Shown: in pieces, positions 8,159 to 17,754 of the stretch | How the letters are laid out: each line of letters opens with the position of its first letter | How positions within the stretch are numbered: position 1 is the first letter of the stretch | Assembly (NCBI GenBank): GCA_964408775.1 | Contig: CAYPAP010000001.1 | Location: 225,839-289,838, forward strand | Length of the DNA: 64,000 bases | Source of the DNA: an uncultured Gammaproteobacteria bacterium | GTDB lineage: Bacteria > Patescibacteriota > Patescibacteriia > Patescibacteriales > UBA12465 | Direction: 5' to 3' | Position numbers and translations under genes: made by a program | Notes under the pieces: generated by a model | Told to the model about the DNA's origin: nothing | The model's input: the letters and a program-made list of their open reading frames with translations, nothing else | Databases searched by the model: none

Positions 8159-9571
8159 ATGTTTAAAAAAAATAATAAAAAAATATTTTTAAAAATACCG
8201 GTACTTATTTTTATTTTTTTACTCTCTCTTTTAGTTCTTCCTGGTGCTATAAGCGCTGGACCGATAGGTGAAGAGTGCACTACGTTCGAAGATTGCCCAC
8301 CCAATAATATGTGCATATCCACAAAGACGGGAGGAGATAGAAAATGCTATCCAAAAATAGGTGGTGGTTGCAACAACAATACTGATTGTTCTTATATAGA
8401 AAAAAATTCAGGAATACCGGGAGCTTTTTGCGACTCTACTAAAGCAATTTCAAATTACTCTGGCAGCTGTTTCAGCAACAAGGAAGCCCCTAAGACAACT
8501 ACCGACAGTGGATGTTCCTGGAGAATAGAGAAGCCAGTTCCTGGGGCAACCGGAACCTTCCAAGGAGGTTGCTATAGTATTGAAACTGAGTCCAATTGGG
8601 AAAAATGTAGTTCCATTTCTCAACCAGAAAAAAAATCAGGAGAAAAACTGCTTTGTTGTTGCGGAGAAAGTGGAGAAAATATAAATATTAAAAATAAAAC
8701 ACCCGATCTAAATCCCCTAGGAAATTTACAAATAAAAATACCTGGTCTAGACGAGATTGCTGAAAAACATCCCATTAAATGTGAGGGTGAAGGTGAAAGC
8801 CAAACTTGCAAAATTCCCTGGATAGCAATATATATACACGCTATTTATAATTACTTTTTAGCAATCGCTGGAATTTTGGCTGCCATAGCTTTAATGGTGG
8901 GAGGGGTTATTTGGCTGGTTTCTGCTGGAAATGCTAGCCGAGTTTCAGAGGCTAAAAGCTGGATAACAGGAAGTATTACTGGTTTAGTTATATTATTAAC
9001 CTCCTATGTTTTACTGTACCAAATAAATCCTGAATTAGTGGGAATGAGATATGTAAAACTAGCGGTTATTGACCCAATGGGATACTATGACACTAGTGTT
9101 GACGAAACCAACGAAAATCCCTATATAGATGCCTGCTTAGAAGCAAAAAAAGACAACCTAGGACCATGTAAAGCACTAGGAGAAACAAAGCCAAGTTATT
9201 TAGTTTATAACGCAAACTACCAAAAATATATACACCCCGAAACGTTAGATAAGTTCACCAAGGCTATGGAGTGTGTTAGAGGTAAAAATAATGGTGATAA
9301 TTTATTCTCTATTGTGTCAGCCTGGAGATCTCCAGCCAAACAAATAGAAATGAAGGAATATTGGATAGCCCAAGGAAAACCAGATAATGCTGCGCCCCCC
9401 TGTTGCTCTAATCATAGTTCAGGAAGAGCAATAGATATTTATCGCATCTCTGGAGATAGCATGGTTTGGGATTATAATGAAACAAGCGGTTTAAAAGAAT
9501 GTATGAATAATCAGGGACTATATGCAAACATCAGTGGTGAACCTTGGCATTGGTCTCCTACTGGGAAATAA
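8159..9571 (+). CDS. Cys-rich secreted protein: pilin-like two-TM module fused to a VanY/M15-type (LAS) peptidoglycan peptidase domain
   Basis: Signal peptide and a Cys-rich N-terminal domain. Module IYIHAIYNYFLAIAGILAAIALMVGGVIWLVSAGNASRVSEAKSWITGSITGLVILLTSYVLLYQINPELV. The C-terminus has SNHSSGRAIDI and EPWHW, the H-x-D and H zinc ligands of M15/LAS peptidases. Confidence 0.65.
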   Translation: MFKKNNKKIFLKIPVLIFIFLLSLLVLPGAISAGPIGEECTTFEDCPPNNMCISTKTGGDRKCYPKIGGGCNNNTDCSYIEKNSGIPGAFCDSTKAISNYSGSCFSNKEAPKTTTDSGCSWRIEKPVPGATGTFQGGCYSIETESNWEKCSSISQPEKKSGEKLLCCCGESGENINIKNKTPDLNPLGNLQIKIPGLDEIAEKHPIKCEGEGESQTCKIPWIAIYIHAIYNYFLAIAGILAAIALMVGGVIWLVSAGNASRVSEAKSWITGSITGLVILLTSYVLLYQINPELVGMRYVKLAVIDPMGYYDTSVDETNENPYIDACLEAKKDNLGPCKALGETKPSYLVYNANYQKYIHPETLDKFTKAMECVRGKNNGDNLFSIVSAWRSPAKQIEMKEYWIAQGKPDNAAPPCCSNHSSGRAIDIYRISGDSMVWDYNETSGLKECMNNQGLYANISGEPWHWSPTGK

Positions 9572-9980
9572 GAGAATTTTTGTCCATAGCGTCATTAGCC
9601 AGCCTATCCGCCTCCTTATTATTCTCCCGATAAACATGAGTAAAAGTTATTTTAGAAAAACTTAAAGATAAATTATAAACTTCCAAAAACAAGGGCGCCA
9701 AGTCCTTGTTTTTTACTTTATATTCACGGTTTAATTGTTTAACCACCAACTCGCTATCTAAAAAAACTTCGAGTTCCTGAGCCTGTAACTCTTTGGCTTT
9801 TTTTAAAGCTTCTATTAGGGCAGTATACTCCGCCTGATTATTAGTCTTTACTCCTAAAAATTTAGATATTTCAGCTACCTTTTCTTTTTTATCATTATAC
9901 AAAACCGCTCCAATTCCCGCTGGCCCTGGATTTCCCCGAGCTCCGCCGTCGGTAAAGATTATTAGCTTTTGTTTGTTCAT
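9558..9980 (-). CDS. rnhA: ribonuclease HI
   Basis: IFTDGGARGNPGPAGIG...NNQAEYTALIEAL. The start is taken at the ATG at 9980 (MNKQKL), which abuts the recJ stop. The track start at 10001 would overlap recJ. Confidence 0.85.
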   Translation of the reverse strand: MNKQKLIIFTDGGARGNPGPAGIGAVLYNDKKEKVAEISKFLGVKTNNQAEYTALIEALKKAKELQAQELEVFLDSELVVKQLNREYKVKNKDLAPLFLEVYNLSLSFSKITFTHVYRENNKEADRLANDAMDKNSLISQ

Positions 9981-9981
9981 A

Positions 9982-11739
9982 TTATTTAGTTTTAATATCA
10001 ATAATTTTCAATTGAATATCACAGCGACCATTAAATTTATTAAACTCTAAATTGTAAACAACATCAACATTATCTCCAATATTTAAATTTCCATATTTTT
10101 CACTACCGCCAAAAGAAATTCCCCAAAAATTTTTCATATCCCTGTCATCATGATTTAAAAACTTAATTTTAATATGTTGACTATCAAAGCCCATCTTAAC
10201 AATATCAATAATTTTTAAATTATAGGTAACAAATTTTGGAGTGGGATTATTTTGGCCAAAGGGACTCATTTTTTCAATAGCCTCTACTAATTCATCATTA
10301 ATATCTTCAAAACTAGTTTCAGCATCTATTCTTAATTTTGGTAATAACGACAAACCCAATAATTTTTTATGCGCCAATTTTTTAATACTCTCCGAAAAGG
10401 CCAAAAATTTTTCCTCTGATAAAATAGAAAAACCTCCGGCCATAGGATGACCACCGTATTTATACAAAAATTCTTTATTGTCCTCTAAGGCCTCTACTAA
10501 ATTTAACTCCTCAATGCTACGACCACTCCCCTTATACAGAAAATGGCTCTGCCCGTTTTCATCAATAACCTGCTCCTCTGTTTTTACAACCACTAGAACT
10601 GGCCGATAATATCTCTCTGTTAACCTACCCGCTACTAAACCAATAACTCCCTCATTCCAGGCATTATCAGAAAAATCAGTAACAATAATGATTTCTGGAA
10701 TATTATTTTTATCTATTTGACTTTCAGCTGAAGCCATCACCTCTTCGGTTATTTTTTGTCTTTCAATATTTTTATCATTTAAATCTTGGGCTAATTTTTC
10801 GGCCTCATCCTTATCCTTGCTAATAAGGAGATTTAGAGCTGAATTGGCATGCTTAATACGGCTAGCGGCATTAAGACGCGGACCTAATTGGAAGCCAACA
10901 TTAAAAGTATTTAAATCTCCATTGGCTCCAGTAACTTTTATGAGTTCTTGTAGCCCGACTCTTTTGGTCTCATTTAAAACTTTCAAACCCTCTTGAACTA
11001 TTAGACGATTTTCTCCCACCAAGGGAACCATATCAGCGACTGTTCCAATAACCGCCAAATCTAAACTACGAGACAACAATAATTTTTTATGATCATCTGA
11101 TAATTTTGATTTTTCAATTAAGGCGGAGGCTAACTTGAGAGCTACTCCCACCCCAGCTAAAAACCTAAAGGGGTAACCAGAAGATTTGTCTGAAGAATTA
11201 ATAATTAGACAGTCCGGCAAATCTTCTTTTTTTTCAGGATAAGCATGATGATCGGTTATTATAATATCTAAGCCCAAGCTCTTGGCATACGCAACTTCAT
11301 CCTTGCCCCTAATACCATTGTCTACTGTTATTATTAAATTAAAACCACCTTTTTTTATTTCTTCTATAGCCGGTTTGTTTAAGCCATAACCCTCACTAAC
11401 TCTGTCGGGCAAATAAAAATCAACCTTAGACCTAAATATTTTAAAAACATCATAAAGCAAAGCTGAGGAGGTAACTCCATCAGCATCATAATCACCATAT
11501 ATCATTATTTTATTACCCTCTTTGATGTGCTTAATGATTAAAGCTACTGCCTTATCCATATCCCCAAAAAGAAAGGGATCTAAAAATTTTATTTCCTCGT
11601 CTTCATTAAACCATTTCAAATCTTCGGACAACCTTATATCTCGATTATACAAAAGTTGAAGAATAAAGGGATTAAATTTTTCATTTTCATCCTTAAAGCT
11701 TTCTGGCATTTTAGGGTAAACCTGCCATATTTTATTCAT
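9982..11739 (-). CDS. recJ: single-stranded-DNA-specific exonuclease RecJ
   Basis: DHH motifs (IYGDYDADGVTS, ITVDNG, ITDHH) and the DHHA1 motif GGHPMAGG. Confidence 0.9.
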   Translation of the reverse strand: MNKIWQVYPKMPESFKDENEKFNPFILQLLYNRDIRLSEDLKWFNEDEEIKFLDPFLFGDMDKAVALIIKHIKEGNKIMIYGDYDADGVTSSALLYDVFKIFRSKVDFYLPDRVSEGYGLNKPAIEEIKKGGFNLIITVDNGIRGKDEVAYAKSLGLDIIITDHHAYPEKKEDLPDCLIINSSDKSSGYPFRFLAGVGVALKLASALIEKSKLSDDHKKLLLSRSLDLAVIGTVADMVPLVGENRLIVQEGLKVLNETKRVGLQELIKVTGANGDLNTFNVGFQLGPRLNAASRIKHANSALNLLISKDKDEAEKLAQDLNDKNIERQKITEEVMASAESQIDKNNIPEIIIVTDFSDNAWNEGVIGLVAGRLTERYYRPVLVVVKTEEQVIDENGQSHFLYKGSGRSIEELNLVEALEDNKEFLYKYGGHPMAGGFSILSEEKFLAFSESIKKLAHKKLLGLSLLPKLRIDAETSFEDINDELVEAIEKMSPFGQNNPTPKFVTYNLKIIDIVKMGFDSQHIKIKFLNHDDRDMKNFWGISFGGSEKYGNLNIGDNVDVVYNLEFNKFNGRCDIQLKIIDIKTK

Positions 11740-11764
11740 CTATTTATTTTTATTTTTTAAAAAA

Positions 11765-11872
11765 TTACATCAAAGCTAAAAAAACTGACCAAGCCACCAT
11801 TGAAAACATAATCAATATAGCCAAAATAGTCCAAGCTGTCTTAATAATTTTTTTCTTAGTTCTTTTTCTCAT
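11765..11872 (-). CDS. candidate 35-aa small membrane protein
   Basis: Below the track size cutoff. ATG at 11872 gives MRKRTKKKIIKTAWTILAILIMFSMVAWSVFLALM, then a stop. It has a basic N-terminus and one TM helix and fills the lepA-recJ gap. Confidence 0.3.
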   Translation of the reverse strand: MRKRTKKKIIKTAWTILAILIMFSMVAWSVFLALM

Positions 11873-11877
11873 GATTT

Positions 11878-13671
11878 TTATTTTTTTAATATTTTAACAA
11901 AAGTATCAGGCGGAATATCAACGCTTCCCTTGCCGGCAGCCATCATTTTCTTTTTACCCTTTTTCTGTTTTTCTAATAATTTTCTTTTACGTGAAACATC
12001 TCCTCCATATAATTTAGCGGTAACATCTTTTCTCATAGCTGATAGTCTTTCAGCGGCAATCACTTTTCCACCAATAGCCGCCTGCAATTTTAAAACAAAC
12101 ATTTGCTTAGACAAAGAATCTTTTAATATCTCAACAATTTCTTTACCGCGACGAAAGGCTTCATCACGATAAACAATAACCGCTAAAGCTTCAATCGGCT
12201 CCTCGGCTACTAATATATCCATCTTAACAACATCAGCCGTGCGATAATCTAAATAGTCATAATTAATAGAAGCATAGCCTGAACTAATGCTTTTAACCTT
12301 GTCATAAAAATCAGTTAAGATGGCAGACATTGGAATTTCATAATGTAAAACTACTCTTTGCTCGTCGCTACCGGAAGAAATAAATTCAGTGTTCTTATAT
12401 ATTCCTCTTTTTTCTTGGGCTAATTGCATAATATTGCCCATATAGTCCTTAGGTGAAATAATATCTAGGGCTACCCAAGGTTCTTCTATTTTTAAAATCT
12501 CGGTTGGATCGGGCAACCTTTGAGGAGTCCTAATAGTTATCTCTTCTCCATTTTTCTTGTAAACCCTATAGGCCACGCTGGGAAGAGTTACTATTAAATC
12601 TAAATTATATTCTCGCCTTAATCTTTCTTGAAAAATTTCTAAATGTAATAATCCTAAAAATCCACAACGAAAACCAAAGCCCAAGGCGTCAGATCTTTCT
12701 GCCTCAAAAACCAAGGAACTATCATTTAATTTTAATTTATCCATGGCATCACGCAAATCTTCTAAATCACTTCCCTCTTTAGGAAAAATTCCAGCAAAAA
12801 CCATCGGTTTAACCTCTTTATACCCATCTAAGGCCTCTACATTTTTAGAGGAAGATAAAATAATGGTATCTCCCACGCGACACTCTCCCACCTCCTTAAA
12901 TCCGGTAACTATATAGCCGATAGCTCCTGTCCCTAAAGATCCTGTCGGAAAATAATCAGGCTTAAAAACTCCGATATCTAAAACCTCACTCTCAGCCTTG
13001 GTAGCTATTAATTTAATTTTATCGCCTTTTTTAATAAGACCATCAAAAATCCGAACATAGGCTACAACCCCCTTATATTCATCGTACTTAGAATCAAAAA
13101 TCAAAGCCCGAGAAACACTCCCTTCTAAATTTTTTGGTGGCGGACCATTTTTAATAACCGCTTGTAAGATGTCCTCTACTCCCTCTCCAGTTTTACCAGA
13201 GGCTGATAAAATCTCCTCTTCAGCACAGCCCAATAATTTTATAATTTCCCTCTTAGTTTTTTCAGGGTTAGCTGCTGGTAAGTCAATTTTATTAATCACT
13301 GGAATTATATGTAAATCCTGCTCTAAGGCTAAATACAAATTAGCCAGGGTTTGAGCCTGGATTCCCTGGGTACAATCAACTAATAAAACAGCTGATTCTA
13401 CCGCCGCTAAAGACCGAGAAACCTCATAAGAGAAATCAACGTGGCCAGGAGTGTCTATCAAATTTAATTGATAACCCTGATGTTCCATAGTAACCGGTTG
13501 TAGCTTAATAGTAATGCCCCTTTCTCGCTCTATATCCATACCATCCAAAATCTGCTCCTTCATTTTTCTTTTATCTACTGTTTTAGTTATTTCTAGCATT
13601 CTATCAGCCAAAGTTGATTTTCCATGATCAATATGTGCTATTATGCAAAAATTTCTGATTTTTTCTGTCAT
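11878..13671 (-). CDS. lepA: translation elongation factor 4
   Basis: IRNFCIIAHIDHGKSTLADR, DTPGHVDF and NKIDL G-motifs. Length and C-terminus are typical of LepA. Confidence 0.95.
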   Translation of the reverse strand: MTEKIRNFCIIAHIDHGKSTLADRMLEITKTVDKRKMKEQILDGMDIERERGITIKLQPVTMEHQGYQLNLIDTPGHVDFSYEVSRSLAAVESAVLLVDCTQGIQAQTLANLYLALEQDLHIIPVINKIDLPAANPEKTKREIIKLLGCAEEEILSASGKTGEGVEDILQAVIKNGPPPKNLEGSVSRALIFDSKYDEYKGVVAYVRIFDGLIKKGDKIKLIATKAESEVLDIGVFKPDYFPTGSLGTGAIGYIVTGFKEVGECRVGDTIILSSSKNVEALDGYKEVKPMVFAGIFPKEGSDLEDLRDAMDKLKLNDSSLVFEAERSDALGFGFRCGFLGLLHLEIFQERLRREYNLDLIVTLPSVAYRVYKKNGEEITIRTPQRLPDPTEILKIEEPWVALDIISPKDYMGNIMQLAQEKRGIYKNTEFISSGSDEQRVVLHYEIPMSAILTDFYDKVKSISSGYASINYDYLDYRTADVVKMDILVAEEPIEALAVIVYRDEAFRRGKEIVEILKDSLSKQMFVLKLQAAIGGKVIAAERLSAMRKDVTAKLYGGDVSRKRKLLEKQKKGKKKMMAAGKGSVDIPPDTFVKILKK

Positions 13672-13760
13672 TTTTTTATATTACTTTCTAAGACTTGCAA
13701 GCAAGTTAATCTATTCTAATAGATTATCATTATTTTTTCAATATCTACCTGTTTTTAAAA

Positions 13761-15431
13761 CTATAAACCCCGAGCCTCACTCTGATCTCCAATTTCCTCA
13801 ATTTTCTTAGTTTTATGTCCAAGAGGCAATTTATTTTTAAGAACCCGAACAAAATCTAACATTTCTTCACTCTTCATTATATAACAAAGTAAAAAATAAA
13901 CACTCAATCCGATGACTCCGGCCACTGCCCCCTGGGTAAACACCCCCCAAAACTTGGTCATATCAATAAAGGGCCAAACAATTGACTTACTAATTTGAGC
14001 AAAGAACCCAGCGGACAATCCAGCTATGGAGAACTTAATAACTGATTTAATAATTCTTTTTTGATCTAATTCACCAATCTCAAAATAAAGCCACATCCAT
14101 AGTAGAACAAACTTTAAAATACTAGCTAAGGAAAACGCTAGAGCCAAACCCGCAACTCCCATTCTTTTTCCAAAGAATAGGGACAAGAAAATATTAACTA
14201 TAACTACAACCAACCCAACATAAAAAGGAGTTTTGGAGTTATGCCGAGCATAAAAAACTCTACTAAGCAAAGGCGTGGTAGCTTGAGCAAACAAGCTCAG
14301 AGCAAAAAATCCCAAGGTATCAACTGTCAAGACAGTATCTCTCCAGCTAAACTCTCCTGTTCCTAAAATAACTCTAATAATTTGAGCCCTTAGGACAATT
14401 AATAATACAGTGGAAGGAATTATAAAAAATAATATTTGACGAAGAGCATAAGAAAAATTATCTATCAACTTCTTACTATTAAAAGCGGCAGCTGATAAGG
14501 CAGGAAATGCAGCAATAGCAAAAGAAATACCAAATATCCCGATAGGAAAAGATTGCAAATTATTAGCCAGATTAAAAATAGTCAAGGAACCACTAGATAA
14601 AGTGGATGCTATTATTGTTATAACCAATAAATTTATTTGCGAGGTTGCCAGAGCCAAGGTGCGAGGAACCATCATGGCTATTATTGTTCTAAATTCTTTA
14701 TTTTTTAAATCAATAAAGGGCCGCCACTTAAAACCTAAAATTTTAACAGGAGGAACCTGAATAATCATATGGAGAAAGGCCCCCAAAACAACACCCCAAG
14801 CCAAACCAGCCACGCCAAAAAGGGGGAACAAGAATACAGCTCCAACAATTATTCCTAAATTATAAAAAATAGGGGCCAGGGAGAAAACTAAAAAATTTTT
14901 AAAAGACTGCAGAACCCCTCCTAGCAAGCTGGATATTCCTAAAAATATTGGTGACAAAAACATTATCCGAGTAAGCAAGGTGGTTGTTTCTTTTAATTCA
15001 TCAGAAAATCCTGGGGCAATTAAACTAACCAAAAATGGAGAAAAAATAAAACCTAGAATAGATAAAAAGGATAAAACAATAATCAAAACATTTAAAATAT
15101 TATTTACCAAATTCCAGCCCTCTCTGTTTTCGCCCTGGCTATAGCAAAAATAAAAATCGCCATCACATTTCATTTTCTTAATTAAAGAAGAAAAAACAGG
15201 AATAAAGCCAGCCGATAAAGCACCTAAAATAAGTAAATTATAAATTAAATCCGGAACACGAAAAGCGCTGTAATAAGCATCTAATATTGACCCAGCACCA
15301 AATTCTCCAGCCAAGATTCTGTCTCTAAACACACCTAAAACCCTAGAGACTAAAGAAAAAACACCGACTAAAATAGCGGCGGCAGCAATTCCCTTGCTTC
15401 TTTTTTGAAACACCTTTCTCAGTCTAAGCAT
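13761..15431 (-). CDS. murJ: lipid II flippase MurJ/MviN
   Basis: SRVLGVFRDRILAGEFGAG..DAYYSAFRVPD...GALSAGFIPVF. The protein is polytopic and 556 aa long. Confidence 0.85.
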   Translation of the reverse strand: MLRLRKVFQKRSKGIAAAAILVGVFSLVSRVLGVFRDRILAGEFGAGSILDAYYSAFRVPDLIYNLLILGALSAGFIPVFSSLIKKMKCDGDFYFCYSQGENREGWNLVNNILNVLIIVLSFLSILGFIFSPFLVSLIAPGFSDELKETTTLLTRIMFLSPIFLGISSLLGGVLQSFKNFLVFSLAPIFYNLGIIVGAVFLFPLFGVAGLAWGVVLGAFLHMIIQVPPVKILGFKWRPFIDLKNKEFRTIIAMMVPRTLALATSQINLLVITIIASTLSSGSLTIFNLANNLQSFPIGIFGISFAIAAFPALSAAAFNSKKLIDNFSYALRQILFFIIPSTVLLIVLRAQIIRVILGTGEFSWRDTVLTVDTLGFFALSLFAQATTPLLSRVFYARHNSKTPFYVGLVVVIVNIFLSLFFGKRMGVAGLALAFSLASILKFVLLWMWLYFEIGELDQKRIIKSVIKFSIAGLSAGFFAQISKSIVWPFIDMTKFWGVFTQGAVAGVIGLSVYFLLCYIMKSEEMLDFVRVLKNKLPLGHKTKKIEEIGDQSEARGL

Positions 15432-15435
15432 TTAT

Positions 15436-17505
15436 TTAATAATTAAAAATTCTAACATCTACAGCTAGAACCTTTTTGTCGTCTACTAATAGAGGATTTA
15501 TATCTAATTCCAAAACATCTTCACTCCTTTGAACTAATTTAGCAAAATTTAAAATAGTTTTAACTAGAAGTTCAAAATTAATTTTCTTTTTGCCCCGAGC
15601 TCCAGCCAATATTGGGTAAAACTTTAATTTCTTGATCATTCCCATAGCCCTGTTTTTATCTAAATCTGGGAGCTCTAAAGAAACATCATTATATATTTCA
15701 GTATAAATTCCCCCAACTCCCAATAAAATAATCGGCCCAAAAACTGGGTCTCTTTTTAACCCCAATATTAACTCGAAATCAGCTTTAATTTGAGGCTGAT
15801 AAACAATAGTGTTGGCTGAAGAAATCTTCTTTTGAATTATTTTTTTATTAAAATCAGCTAAAATATTTTTAGCTTCAGAAAAATTTTCTACATTCAAAAA
15901 TATAGCCTTGTCATCACTTTTATGAATAAAATCTGGCCCAGTATATTTAATAACTATAGGATATTTGGCCTTTTCTATATTGCTAGAAGTTAATTCATGG
16001 CAGGAAACCGTATTTATTCCACCCTTTTTTAAATAATCAAACGAGTCCAAGTAATGCCACATGACAGGACTAGCGCTTGCGCTGCTTTTTCTATTAGACT
16101 TAATAGCAGTGAATTCTTTTATCTTTTTTCTATTTTTTAGATAATTTAAAAACTTTGATAAAATTTTAATTCCGTCTTCCAAGGAATCAAAATTTGGTAT
16201 CAAATTTTCGGCTAATATTTTTTTACCCAAACCAACCTCGGTGCCCCCTAAAAAACAAGTTGTTATTAATTTATTTTTATGCTTATTTTTAATTTTTGCT
16301 ATTACCTTAGCTGTCTCTTGAACCTCGGTCATGCTCTGAGGCGTAAGCAAAACCAAAACAGCTGAAATATTTTTATCAGATAAAGCTATGTCCAAAGATT
16401 TTTCATAACGATAAGAATCGGCATCTCCCAGAATATCTAAAGGATTTTTAATATTAACAAATTCTGGTAAAAACTTTTTCAATTCCTTCCTTTTCTCAAC
16501 AGAAAAATTGACTAAATTTAAACCATTTTCATAGGCTTCATCAGCGACTAACACCGCCGGCCCACCAGCGTTTGAAATTACGGCTAAATCACCTGATAAA
16601 TCGCTAACCGGCTCTTTAACTAAGCGCATTAAATTATATATTTCATCAATGTTTTCCAAAACAATAGCGCCCGCTCTTTGTAGGGCTAAAGTTGTTATTT
16701 CATAAGATCCTGCCAAGCTTCCGGTATGAGATAAGGCCATTTGACTACCAAAACTAGTACGACCAGATTTTAGAATAGCGACTGGTTTAATTTTAGAAAG
16801 CCGGGAAACTATTCTTAAAAACTCTGGACCATTAGAAATCTCCTCTAAATAAGCTATAACTAAATCAGTTGACTTGTCTTTAATTAAAAATTCAAAAAAA
16901 TCATTTTCATTTAAAATCGCCTTATTGCCCAGGCTGACAAAATAAGACAAACCTATATTTTTATTACCGACCCAATCCAAGACAGCGCTACCAATGGCTC
17001 CTGACTGTGATAGAAAGGCAATATTATTTTTTCTTTTTATTTTTTTATCAATATTATAGTTGGAAAAAGTTAAATTTAATGAATTCTTATTATTAATAAA
17101 TCCCAAACAATTTGGACCTAAAATATTAATTTTATTATCCTGTGCGATTTTAATAATTTTTTCCTCTAAAACTAAACCTCCTCCTCCCAACTCTTTAAAA
17201 CCAGCACTAATAATTACTATGTTTTTTACACCTAATTTTGCACACTTTTCAACCTCCGACAACACTTTATCAGCCGGTATTACTATTACAACCAAAAGGT
17301 CTTCATATTTTTTTAAAGGAAGAGAAGAAATGTCAATGTAAGCCTGACGACCAGCGATTTTTTTGTCTTTTAGGTTAATTGGAAAGGCAATCGCCTTTTT
17401 ACTGGCAATAATATTATCAAAAACTAGGCGACCAACCTTCTTTTTGTCGCTAGAAGCACCAATAACGGCAATGTATTTAGGGTTTAAAAATTTTTCTAAT
17501 TTCAT
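15436..17505 (-). CDS. ADP-forming acetyl-CoA synthetase (fused alpha/beta; CoA-binding + ATP-grasp)
   Basis: N-terminal CoA-binding segment KYIAVIGAS..KKVG, GPNCLGFIN, a succinyl-CoA-ligase-like core with SHTGSLAG, and a C-terminal ATP-grasp domain. Confidence 0.8.
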   Translation of the reverse strand: MKLEKFLNPKYIAVIGASSDKKKVGRLVFDNIIASKKAIAFPINLKDKKIAGRQAYIDISSLPLKKYEDLLVVIVIPADKVLSEVEKCAKLGVKNIVIISAGFKELGGGGLVLEEKIIKIAQDNKINILGPNCLGFINNKNSLNLTFSNYNIDKKIKRKNNIAFLSQSGAIGSAVLDWVGNKNIGLSYFVSLGNKAILNENDFFEFLIKDKSTDLVIAYLEEISNGPEFLRIVSRLSKIKPVAILKSGRTSFGSQMALSHTGSLAGSYEITTLALQRAGAIVLENIDEIYNLMRLVKEPVSDLSGDLAVISNAGGPAVLVADEAYENGLNLVNFSVEKRKELKKFLPEFVNIKNPLDILGDADSYRYEKSLDIALSDKNISAVLVLLTPQSMTEVQETAKVIAKIKNKHKNKLITTCFLGGTEVGLGKKILAENLIPNFDSLEDGIKILSKFLNYLKNRKKIKEFTAIKSNRKSSASASPVMWHYLDSFDYLKKGGINTVSCHELTSSNIEKAKYPIVIKYTGPDFIHKSDDKAIFLNVENFSEAKNILADFNKKIIQKKISSANTIVYQPQIKADFELILGLKRDPVFGPIILLGVGGIYTEIYNDVSLELPDLDKNRAMGMIKKLKFYPILAGARGKKKINFELLVKTILNFAKLVQRSEDVLELDINPLLVDDKKVLAVDVRIFNY

Positions 17506-17527
17506 AGAATCATTATATCATAATTTA

Positions 17528-17746
17528 CTACTGTTTGTCATCCGTATTTTTAGGCGAAAAATCATTGGACTTTAAAACAAAAAACAAATTAATTAACCAG
17601 AAAAAAAGTAAAATATTAATATTAAAATAAGCTAAAACGATGTTAGGAAAAATCATTTCTAATAAAAAAAACCATAGCCAAGCTAGGCTTAAAAAATAAA
17701 AAAATTCATAACTAAACTTTTTAAAAAAATCTTTTTTATTATTCAT
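17528..17746 (-). CDS. small hypothetical membrane protein
   Basis: 72 aa with two hydrophobic helices. No family recognised. Confidence 0.4.
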   Translation of the reverse strand: MNNKKDFFKKFSYEFFYFLSLAWLWFFLLEMIFPNIVLAYFNINILLFFWLINLFFVLKSNDFSPKNTDDKQ

Positions 17747-17754
17747 AATTAATA

